Source of the DNA: Ilumatobacteraceae bacterium
Lineage (GTDB): Bacteria > Actinomycetota > Acidimicrobiia > Acidimicrobiales > Ilumatobacteraceae
Length of the DNA stretch: 64,000 bases
Assembly: GCA_044345725.1 (NCBI GenBank)
Contig: JBIJAO010000001.1
Span: 57,559-121,558, forward strand
Direction: 5' to 3'
In this document: positions 17,309 through 25,523 of the stretch, one piece after another
Numbering within the stretch: the stretch's first letter is position 1
How the letters are laid out: each line of letters opens with the position of its first letter
Translations under genes and position numbers: made by a program
Notes under the pieces: model-generated
Told to the model about the DNA's origin: nothing
The model's database searches: none
The model's input: only the letters and a program-made list of their open reading frames with translations

Positions 17309-19270
17309 GTGGCAACCAACGACACCCCGCGCCGAGACGACCCATGGATGATGCGGACCTACTCCGGTCACTCCACTGCTAAGGCTTCAAACGAGCTCTA
17401 CCGAACAAATCTCGCCAAAGGGCAGACTGGTTTGTCCATCGCGTTTGATCTTCCAACGCAAACTGGGTACGACCCTGATCATCTACTTGCTCGCGGTGAA
17501 GTAGGAAAAGTGGGAGTGCCGGTTGCACACCTCGACCATATGCGCACACTGCTTGCTTCCATTCCGCCAGGAAAAATGAACACGTCGATGACAATCAACG
17601 CAACAGCGGCGTGGTTGCTTGCGTTGTACGTTGCAAACGCACAAGAACAGGGTGTGTCGAGTCAAGAACTGCGCGGCACAACGCAGAACGACATCGTAAA
17701 AGAATATTTGTCGCGCGGTACCTACATCTTCCCACCCGCTCCTTCGAAGCGACTAATTGTTGACATGGTCGCATGGTGTGCAAAAAACGCACCCAAGTGG
17801 AACCCAATGAACGTGTGTTCTTACCACTTGCAAGAAGCAGGTGCCACACCTGTTCAGGAAATCGCCTTCTCTCTTGCTACTGCAATCGACATTCTTGATG
17901 CGGTAAAAGAAAGTGGACAAATCAGCGACGAACAGTTTGATCAAGTGTTCGGATCAATCTCATTCTTTGTGAACGCTGGTATCCGTTTTGTTGAAGAAAT
18001 CTGCAAAATGCGCGCCTTTACCGAACTGTGGGATCGCATTGCCCAAGAGCGTTACAACGTGAAAGATCCAAAAGCACGTCGTTTCCGCTATGGCGTACAA
18101 GTGAACTCGCTTGGACTCACCGAAGCACAACCAGAGAACAACGTGCAGCGCATTGTTCTTGAAATGCTGGCTGTCACGTTGTCGAAAAAGGCACGCGCTC
18201 GCAGCGTGCAATTGCCCGCATGGAACGAAGCGCTCGGATTGCCTCGGCCGTGGGATCAGCAGTGGTCGCTTCGCATGCAACAGGTGCTCGCTTTTGAAAC
18301 TGATCTACTTGAATACGGCGACATCTTTGATGGCTCAACGATTATCGAAAAGCGCACCAGTGAACTGCGCGACGAAGCATGGGCCGAGTTGCAAGATGTG
18401 TTATCGCTCGGTGGCGCCTTCAATGCCGTCGATGAACTGAAGGGGCGCCTTGTTCGTTCCATGGCCGAGCGCACCCGCCGCATCGAAACAGGTGAGCAAA
18501 AAGTAGTGGGCGTGAACAGCTTCCAAGAGACAGAGGAATCACCCCTCGGTGGAGACGACAAGATCCTCATCGTTGATCCACGCGTCGAGCAAGAGACAAT
18601 CGCCGATGTAGAAGCCTGGCGCAACAAGCGCGACAACGCCGCTGTCGAAAAAGCGTTGGCGGAACTGCGTCGCGCCGCCAAAGAGGGCGACAACATCATG
18701 GATGCCTCGATCGAATTGGCCAAAGTAGGTGGCACCACCGGTGAATGGGCGGGAACGCTTCGTGAGATTTTTGGTGAATTCCGTGCCCCCACTGGCGTCA
18801 GTGCAGCTGTTGGTCGGCGCACATCGGAATTGTCAGACGTGGCCGACTACGTGAAGTCAATTGCGGGTGGACCCCCACGTTTCCTCGTCGCCAAGCCTGG
18901 CCTAGATGGTCACTCAAATGGAGCCGAGCAAATCGCTGTGGCTGCCCGAGACGCGGGTATGGAAGTGGTCTACAGCGGTATTCGCCTGACTCCCGAGCAG
19001 ATTGTGGCGAGTGCTCGCGACGAAGACCCCGACGTTATTGGGTTGTCGATCTTGTCGGGATCACACATGCAACTTGTTCCAGAAGTTGTACGCCAACTTC
19101 GCAAAGAAGGTGTTGATGCACCTGTGATTGTCGGTGGAATTATTCCCGAAGAAGATCGCGCACGTCTTCAAGCAGATGGCGTTGCGGCGGTGTACACACC
19201 AAAAGACTTCGACATTTCTCGCATCATGCGAGAAGTTGCAGAACTTGCCGTCTCACATCGCGCTCATTAA
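17309..19270 (+). CDS. meaA: Fused B12-dependent acyl-CoA mutase, ethylmalonyl-CoA mutase (Ecm/MeaA)-like
   Basis: GTG start after GAGG. PWMMRTYSGHSTA, GQTGLSIAFDLPTQTGYDPD and NTSMTINATA. The C-terminal cobalamin domain has LDGHSNG. The 653-aa single-chain layout and motifs match my memory of MeaA rather than McmA. Confidence 0.75.
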   Translation: MATNDTPRRDDPWMMRTYSGHSTAKASNELYRTNLAKGQTGLSIAFDLPTQTGYDPDHLLARGEVGKVGVPVAHLDHMRTLLASIPPGKMNTSMTINATAAWLLALYVANAQEQGVSSQELRGTTQNDIVKEYLSRGTYIFPPAPSKRLIVDMVAWCAKNAPKWNPMNVCSYHLQEAGATPVQEIAFSLATAIDILDAVKESGQISDEQFDQVFGSISFFVNAGIRFVEEICKMRAFTELWDRIAQERYNVKDPKARRFRYGVQVNSLGLTEAQPENNVQRIVLEMLAVTLSKKARARSVQLPAWNEALGLPRPWDQQWSLRMQQVLAFETDLLEYGDIFDGSTIIEKRTSELRDEAWAELQDVLSLGGAFNAVDELKGRLVRSMAERTRRIETGEQKVVGVNSFQETEESPLGGDDKILIVDPRVEQETIADVEAWRNKRDNAAVEKALAELRRAAKEGDNIMDASIELAKVGGTTGEWAGTLREIFGEFRAPTGVSAAVGRRTSELSDVADYVKSIAGGPPRFLVAKPGLDGHSNGAEQIAVAARDAGMEVVYSGIRLTPEQIVASARDEDPDVIGLSILSGSHMQLVPEVVRQLRKEGVDAPVIVGGIIPEEDRARLQADGVAAVYTPKDFDISRIMREVAELAVSHRAH

Positions 19271-19295
19271 TTAGCACGAGTGAAATTAAAAATTA

Positions 19296-19991
19296 CTACG
19301 CGCGTTCTTTTGCGATGAACGCATCAAGCGCAGGGCCACTTTCAAAACTGGTAATCAACGCGTAACGCGGGAAGTCATGATTGTGAACTACCACGTGCCA
19401 CAGACGTTGCGTGTCGACAACAAAACGCGCGCCTTTGGGAAGTGGAACTCGACGTTCGGTTGACGGATCTGGCAAACCGTCTTTGTCGTTGTCCATGAGC
19501 AACATGTAACTGTCGGGGCTGTCAGTGAGTTCAAGCCACGAGCGCACCACCCAACCTTCGTTGTCGGGATTGAAACGATTGTTGTCGTCACGGTGAATAC
19601 TGCGTATTGCAGTTTCGCGGTCTTGGGGTTCAAGTTTGATGACGCGAACGCGACCAAAATTGGCACCAACACTGTCGACATAACCCTTCAAAGTGGGGGT
19701 TTTACTGGCGTTTACGGTCCACAAAGCGTCTTTGTCGGTTTTGCCTTTGTCCCAAAAACCACGACAATCAAGCTCGCCATCGGCAGAGGCAATCGGCGCA
19801 AAGTTGGTGTCGCCACCACTTTTCCATGGCATGTATTCGAGAGATTCAAACTCATCACGCGGCACATCGAATGGCGCAGGTGTGAGAGCCATAAAACCAG
19901 TGTCTGCCAAACATTGCAAACGGACATGAGGAGTGTGCAATGGGATCTGCACCGACCAATGTTCTTTGGTGGGCCAAAACGTTGCGGTCAT
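19296..19991 (-). CDS. Aspartyl/asparaginyl beta-hydroxylase-like (cupin/2OG-oxygenase fold) protein
   Basis: Candidate H-x-D...H facial triad (IHRDDNN ... RLWHVVVHN). No closer assignment is possible by eye. Confidence 0.45.
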   Translation of the reverse strand: MTATFWPTKEHWSVQIPLHTPHVRLQCLADTGFMALTPAPFDVPRDEFESLEYMPWKSGGDTNFAPIASADGELDCRGFWDKGKTDKDALWTVNASKTPTLKGYVDSVGANFGRVRVIKLEPQDRETAIRSIHRDDNNRFNPDNEGWVVRSWLELTDSPDSYMLLMDNDKDGLPDPSTERRVPLPKGARFVVDTQRLWHVVVHNHDFPRYALITSFESGPALDAFIAKERA

Positions 19992-20083
19992 ATCTGTAGT
20001 TTATTCCTCTTTATTAATGACATGTGTGTCATCTTGCGACAAGGCGCTCGAGCTCAATGTTTACAACAAAACAGCAAATGGAA

Positions 20084-20455
20084 TCACGGCGGCATGGTTG
20101 TGGTTGCACCGATCGGAACAAAGCCTGTGCTCGGTGGCAACTTCAACACTGTGCCTGCAGGCACGTTGTCGGGGTTCTTGATGTCATTCAATTCCACTAG
20201 CGCAGGAGCACTGAGGCTGAATTGTTCGGCGATTGAATACAACGAATCACCTGGCTGCACAATGTATGTCTCGGGAATGTATGAGCTTGTCGTGATGAGT
20301 TGTGTTGTTCCCGTTGAATCCTGTGAAGAATCATCGCTGCCATCGGCATCGCTGTCATTGTTTCCAAGAAATATTGCGCTGACCAGAGCAAGAGCAGCGA
20401 ACACAAACGTGCTCCACAGCAGATACCGCTGCAATTTGGTACGCAAGAACATCAT
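20084..20455 (-). CDS. LysM-domain membrane-anchored protein
   Basis: N-terminal TM helix, an acidic/Ser linker, and a LysM motif YIVQPGDSLYSIAEQF...LVELNDI...VPAGTVLKLP. Confidence 0.8.
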   Translation of the reverse strand: MMFLRTKLQRYLLWSTFVFAALALVSAIFLGNNDSDADGSDDSSQDSTGTTQLITTSSYIPETYIVQPGDSLYSIAEQFSLSAPALVELNDIKNPDNVPAGTVLKLPPSTGFVPIGATTTMPP

Positions 20456-20488
20456 TCCATGCTAGTTCTTGACCGTAACCTTTAATCG

Positions 20489-21394
20489 ATGACTGACGAA
20501 CGCTCATACCCCGGAGCTCGAGTACCCGATCGATTCCGAATGCACGATGCCAACGGTGTCGGAATTGCGACATACGAGTGGGGTAAGGAAAATAATTATC
20601 CACTTTTTTTAGTTCATGGTGGCAATGACTTCGCACGAACCTTCGATGTATTTGGCCCGATGCTCGCCGACGCGGGTTACCGAGTAGTCACGTGGGACCA
20701 TCGCGGGCATGGCAACAGCGATCAGACCGCTTTGTACAGCTGGGATGCCGACATTCGCGACGCATTATCGGTGATGTCGTCAGTAACAGATGAGCCTGCT
20801 CCGGTGGTGGGCCACTCAAAAGGTGGCGCGATCATGTTGCTTCTTGCGGAAGCCTCGCCCTATCGAGTGAAGTCTCTCGTCAACATCGATGGCATGCCGG
20901 CAAAAAAGCGAATGCCTGATGCTCCGGATCATGATCAATCACGATTGATGGCTGAAGAGATCACCACATGGCTGCGATACCGACACGAAGCTGCGACGGC
21001 TACTCGCAAACCCGGCACAATCGAAGACCTCGCACGTCGTCGTGGTGCGATGAATCCCAGACTGTCGAAAGAGTGGCTCGAATACCTCGTGACAGTTGGT
21101 GCGCGCAAAGACGAAGACGGTTGGAGATGGAAGCTTGATCCAACAATGAGGTTTGTTGGTTTTGGTCCGTGGAGACCCGAGTGGTCGTTATTGCGAATGG
21201 TGAGTCTGTCGATTCCATTTCTTGGCCTGCTCGGAACAGTGGATGAACCAATGGGCTGGGGTGTGAACGAACGTGATGTACGGCCATGGTTGCCGCGACA
21301 TGGGCGACTTCATGTTTTCCAAGACATCGGACACTTTCTTCACATCGAACAACCACGCGAAGTAGCAGACATGGTGTTGGAGTTCATCTCATGA
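20489..21394 (+). CDS. Alpha/beta-fold hydrolase
   Basis: HGGNDF oxyanion region, nucleophile elbow VVGHSKGG, and a C-terminal GHFLHIEQP His motif. Confidence 0.8.
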   Translation: MTDERSYPGARVPDRFRMHDANGVGIATYEWGKENNYPLFLVHGGNDFARTFDVFGPMLADAGYRVVTWDHRGHGNSDQTALYSWDADIRDALSVMSSVTDEPAPVVGHSKGGAIMLLLAEASPYRVKSLVNIDGMPAKKRMPDAPDHDQSRLMAEEITTWLRYRHEAATATRKPGTIEDLARRRGAMNPRLSKEWLEYLVTVGARKDEDGWRWKLDPTMRFVGFGPWRPEWSLLRMVSLSIPFLGLLGTVDEPMGWGVNERDVRPWLPRHGRLHVFQDIGHFLHIEQPREVADMVLEFIS

Positions 21395-22068
21395 GTGCAC
21401 ACACATACATCCAGACCGTGTTCCTCACACACAGCAAGGTGACCTTGGCCTTGCACCAACTGCGTGAAGGTGTGGGTCGACCACTTCTCACTCTCCATGG
21501 TTTGGGAGAAGACGCAAGCCGCATTCCCCTTGCTGACATCGAATGGGGTGGCCCCGTGTGGGCACTTGATTTCACAGGCCACGGTCAATCGAGCGTGCCC
21601 GTCGGTGGCGGATATTCCAGTGAAGTACTCATGGCTGATGTGGATTTTGCCCTTACCCACATTGGATCAGCGACGATTCTGGGTTTTGGTCTCGGGGCGT
21701 ATGTCGCCCTGCTCGCAGCCGGTGCGCGCCCCGATCTTGTCCAGGGGGCCGTCCTCACCGACGGGCCTGGACTTGCTGGCGGTGCCGTCCATGTCAGTGC
21801 ACACGCAGAGATCACAAGTGCCGGTGTGCGCGAAGGTCAAAACGCCACTCCTGATCCGTGGGCTCTTATTGAATTGGCACGAGATGCGCGACCCGAATCA
21901 TATGTGCACACTTTTATTCGTCTCGCAACAGCCACGTCTCCGTTATCGGAACCTATTGCGATGTGTTGTCGCGTTCGCCCCCCATGGGTCACCGCAGCTC
22001 AAGACGCACCAGGTGTGATGACAAACGTAACTGTCAACGAAGCGTTATCTATTTACGCGACTGAATAA
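21391..22068 (+). CDS. Alpha/beta-hydrolase-fold paralog lacking the nucleophile Ser (GFGLG)
   Basis: ATGA overlap with the upstream hydrolase. LLTLHGLGED...FTGHGQS, then ILGFGLGAYVAL where G-x-S-x-G is expected. Confidence 0.65.
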   Translation: MSAHTYIQTVFLTHSKVTLALHQLREGVGRPLLTLHGLGEDASRIPLADIEWGGPVWALDFTGHGQSSVPVGGGYSSEVLMADVDFALTHIGSATILGFGLGAYVALLAAGARPDLVQGAVLTDGPGLAGGAVHVSAHAEITSAGVREGQNATPDPWALIELARDARPESYVHTFIRLATATSPLSEPIAMCCRVRPPWVTAAQDAPGVMTNVTVNEALSIYATE

Positions 22069-22888
22069 CACCAGCATCGCCAAAAATGTATTCGTTGAGC
22101 AAGTAGTTGATCTCTTGCAATGACAGTGCTTGCGTGTAAGCAGTGTTGTTGAAAAAACGTGAGTAGTCGACACATTGCAGAGCATCAAGTGCTCGCGGAT
22201 GTTGCAATTGAAGGAACATCTGCGTGGTGTTAGGTACGCGCGGAAACTCAGTGCGAAGAGTGCCACAGGAAAAGCCAAAAATCGTCAATGCGACATCGGC
22301 ATCTTCTGGATCACATTTTTTAATCACACCGTGATCGGTAATACGAATAATGTCACGCTGATTGTTGCGACGTTCCCATGTTTGAACACAAGTACGTAAG
22401 TGTGAATTATCTGTGATGCTATTGCCAGTGACATCAACATAATTGATGTCAAGGTCATAGTCGTCTACAAGATGAAATCTTTGATCGAGACGATTTGTTA
22501 CAGACCACTTACGCCACGAGCGCGGCACGATAAAACAAATGACGGAACTAATGTCAGCACATTTATTAAAAAAAGGAACTGATAATGCATTATTTCTCCC
22601 AAACGGTGGGTTACCAATTGCCACATAATTCTTGTTCTCGAGTTGCTGTTCAAGAAAATTTCCCCGTTGCACCGCGTCATGATGTGGTTCGATGTCGAAA
22701 CTCACGAGGTTTGCAATGCCTCTCGACTTCAAGACATTGATAAACGTTCCCGTGCCACCTGCGGGCTCTAACCACGGCAGATCGGCGGTCTCGGGTTTAT
22801 TTCGAAGGAGCGAGCTGACAACCAGTTCGGCAGTTGACGTTGGCGTGTAATACTGCTCTTTCCCCGTAACTCGTGTGTTGCCAGCCAT
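22049..22888 (-). CDS. Solitary N6-adenine DNA methyltransferase, gamma-type (M.TaqI-like motif order)
   Basis: YYTP, motif I EPAGGTGTF and motif IV GNPPFG. A 100-nt sample is 41% GC versus about 52% in a neighbouring core gene. Confidence 0.7.
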   Translation of the reverse strand: MAGNTRVTGKEQYYTPTSTAELVVSSLLRNKPETADLPWLEPAGGTGTFINVLKSRGIANLVSFDIEPHHDAVQRGNFLEQQLENKNYVAIGNPPFGRNNALSVPFFNKCADISSVICFIVPRSWRKWSVTNRLDQRFHLVDDYDLDINYVDVTGNSITDNSHLRTCVQTWERRNNQRDIIRITDHGVIKKCDPEDADVALTIFGFSCGTLRTEFPRVPNTTQMFLQLQHPRALDALQCVDYSRFFNNTAYTQALSLQEINYLLNEYIFGDAGVIQSRK

Positions 22889-22915
22889 CGTGATGAGTTG
22901 TGATCCGTACTTGTT

Positions 22916-23977
22916 CTAATCAATACGATCAGTGACGTAGTCTGCCAACTGTTGCAGCGCTGTTAATGACAGGGTGTCAATGTTTGACTGCTGTAATGCA
23001 GCAAGTGCTTCATGCTGTAATGACGTGATGGTGGTCTCCACATCTTGGAGTGCGCCAGTTTCAACAATCACTGTTTGCATATCGGCAATATCTTGAGTGC
23101 TCAACTCCAACACACCGACGCGATCAAGTACTTGTCGTTGTGCACCGTTTGCATTCTCATACGCATACGCCAACAACAATGTCGGCTTTCCCTCGCGCAG
23201 GTCATCTCCCACTGGTTTGCCGGTGACAGCCATATCGCCAAAAACACCAAGGATGTCGTCGCGAAGCTGAAAGGCATCCCCTAGTGGCAATCCGTACTGC
23301 GACAACACAGGGAGAAGTTGCATGCCCCGCTCCACATCTGCTGTGAGTGCGCCAAGATGAAGTGGACGTTCGATGGTGTACTTGGCGCTCTTATATCGAC
23401 AAATACGCTGTGCTGTTTCACGGCTGCGATCACGTGTGGCTGATCCCCACATGTCGAGGTACTGACCCACATTTACTTCCAAACGCATTTCATGCCACAC
23501 ATGTCGTGCCGCATCGGGAATGTCACCAAGTAGTTGGTCAGACATCACATGGGTGAGGTCGCCGATGAGGATTGCAGCACCTTCGCCAAAACGCCGTGAC
23601 TCACCTGCCCATTTGGAGCTGTTGTGCAATGTGGCGAGAGAAGTATGTGAGGTGACTTGACCACGTCGCGTGAGTGCTCCATCCATGATGTCGTCATGGA
23701 AAAGGGCAAAGACGTGCAACAACTCAATGGCCGCACCTACGCGAATTGGTGTTGTTGACTGTTCGTCGCCACCAGCGGCGCGGAACCCCCAGTAACAAAA
23801 AGCGGGACGAATTCGTTTGCCACCACTCAGCACCAGACGTTCAATTTCCGACAATGGCAACTCTAAATTGGCGTCAACACCAGTCCAACGAACCCGCTGG
23901 TCGCTCACTGTCTGTGCAAGTTGTGCATCGACCTGACGCACGATGGCCGTGAGAGAGTCGGGGGCCTGCAAGGTCAC
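22916..23977 (-). CDS. Polyprenyl (geranylgeranyl/farnesyl) diphosphate synthase
   Basis: First DDxxD (LFHDDIMDG) and second (FQLRDDILG) aspartate-rich motifs. Confidence 0.9.
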   Translation of the reverse strand: MTLQAPDSLTAIVRQVDAQLAQTVSDQRVRWTGVDANLELPLSEIERLVLSGGKRIRPAFCYWGFRAAGGDEQSTTPIRVGAAIELLHVFALFHDDIMDGALTRRGQVTSHTSLATLHNSSKWAGESRRFGEGAAILIGDLTHVMSDQLLGDIPDAARHVWHEMRLEVNVGQYLDMWGSATRDRSRETAQRICRYKSAKYTIERPLHLGALTADVERGMQLLPVLSQYGLPLGDAFQLRDDILGVFGDMAVTGKPVGDDLREGKPTLLLAYAYENANGAQRQVLDRVGVLELSTQDIADMQTVIVETGALQDVETTITSLQHEALAALQQSNIDTLSLTALQQLADYVTDRID

Positions 23978-23992
23978 ACTGTCAGGATACGA

Positions 23993-24316
23993 CTAGTCCT
24001 CATCATCTTCGTCATCAAAATCGTCTTCTTCATCGTCATCGTCAAGGTCCTCATCGTCAAAGTCTTCGTCGTCGAGTTCTTCATCGTCGAATTCATCGTC
24101 TTCCAGGGAAGCAACAATTTCATCGACGGAAAACTGAGCACTGGCAATGCGGCCCTTGCACCAGGAAATGAGAAATGAGGCACGCGCGACGCGTTCCGAT
24201 AAGACGTCGACATCAACTTTGGGATTGTCTATTTCGGTAAGAATTGTTTCTAATTCGCTGAGTGCCTCGGCATAACCCTGGGGTTCTTTTGGAGCAGCAG
24301 ATTTTTTTGAACTCAT
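23993..24316 (-). CDS. xseB: Exodeoxyribonuclease VII small subunit with long poly-acidic C-terminal tail
   Basis: YAEALSELETILTEID...DVDVLSERVARASFLISWCKGRI is XseB-like. 4-nt overlap with xseA. The tail is LEDDEFDDEELDDEDFDDEDLDDDDEEDDFDDEDDED. Confidence 0.8.
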   Translation of the reverse strand: MSSKKSAAPKEPQGYAEALSELETILTEIDNPKVDVDVLSERVARASFLISWCKGRIASAQFSVDEIVASLEDDEFDDEELDDEDFDDEDLDDDDEEDDFDDEDDED

Positions 24317-25506
24317 GGATGTACCTCGGTGGCTGTGCTGGTGACCGAACCGTCGGCCAGGTTGGTGGTGATGACATCGCCCGCTGCGACATCATGAATG
24401 GAACGAACGACATTGCCCTGTGCGTCGCGTGTGATGCTCCAACCACGTGACATGGTCATTACCGGGTCGAGCAACTTCACTTTTGTCTCAATCACTTCCA
24501 TTCGATTGCTGTGAGAGATAAGCGCAGCTTGTGGTCTACTACGCACGCGCTCGATGTTGACAGACATAGTACGACGAGCACGTTCAAGCGCTGTTTGGGT
24601 TTGTGATCGTACGGAACGAGCCAGCGAATCGACACTGTGAACAAAGTCGGCCACATAACCAATAACTTCATCTGCACATGCGGTGGGAGTTTTACAAGAG
24701 GTGTGCGCGACGATATCGGCAACGCTGGTATCTATTTCGTGTCCGACACCAACAAACACGGGCTTCGGACACTTCACAATTGCCATGGCAACAACTTCTT
24801 CATCGAAGGCAGCAAGATCAGATTTTGATCCACCCCCACGCATCACCAAAATCACATCGACATCGGAGCGTTTACCCAATGCAGCAATGGCGCGTGCAAT
24901 TTGTGGCGGTGCAGTAGTTCCCTGCACTGTGACATCTTGAAATAACACAGAGAAACCAAAACCTGATTCGATGAGATGTTTTTGCGCATCGGCCCAACCT
25001 GCTGCACCAGCACTGCTGACGACACCGAGACGAAGTGGAACAAGTGGCACTTCGCACATTTTGTTGCGCTTGCTCATGCCGCTGTCGTGTAATCGCTTGA
25101 TGAGTTCTTCGCGTTTTTTTGCAATGTCACCCACAGCAAATTGCGCATCGACGTCGGACACAATGAGACTGAGTGAACTGTTCTTTTTGAGATTTGGTAT
25201 TCCGAAAAAGCGTATTCTCATTCCGCTCTTTAACGTGATGCCATGGCTGTCGAGCTTTCTCTTTACCCGAACTGCAGAGGACTGCCACAATGTGCAATCG
25301 AGTTTGATGCGGTCACTTTTCCCACCATCAACAATTTCAATGAACTGATGCCCGTTCCAATTATTGATTTTTTCAATCTCTCCTTCGATCCACACCCCGC
25401 CTGCAAACACCACTTGCAGTGACTCGTTGACGATGGATGCGAACTGATGAACCGACAAGACGTCGGAGTCGTCAACAGCAGGAGTGGATGGTTTTCGAGT
25501 AGCCAT
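24313..25506 (-). CDS. xseA: Exodeoxyribonuclease VII large subunit
   Basis: N-terminal OB fold (VWIEGEIEKINNWNGHQFIEI), GVVSSAGAAGWADAQ, VILVMRGGGS and VGVGHEIDTSVADIVA. Confidence 0.9.
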   Translation of the reverse strand: MATRKPSTPAVDDSDVLSVHQFASIVNESLQVVFAGGVWIEGEIEKINNWNGHQFIEIVDGGKSDRIKLDCTLWQSSAVRVKRKLDSHGITLKSGMRIRFFGIPNLKKNSSLSLIVSDVDAQFAVGDIAKKREELIKRLHDSGMSKRNKMCEVPLVPLRLGVVSSAGAAGWADAQKHLIESGFGFSVLFQDVTVQGTTAPPQIARAIAALGKRSDVDVILVMRGGGSKSDLAAFDEEVVAMAIVKCPKPVFVGVGHEIDTSVADIVAHTSCKTPTACADEVIGYVADFVHSVDSLARSVRSQTQTALERARRTMSVNIERVRSRPQAALISHSNRMEVIETKVKLLDPVMTMSRGWSITRDAQGNVVRSIHDVAAGDVITTNLADGSVTSTATEVHP

Positions 25507-25523
25507 GAGATCTGGCTTTGACT

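Noticed and set aside
23921-24178. + strand ORF encoding a hydrophobic IVFFIVIVKVLIVKVFVVEFFIV peptide.
   Set aside because: It is the reverse-complement reading of the GAx-rich acidic tail of xseB, so it is a compositional artefact.
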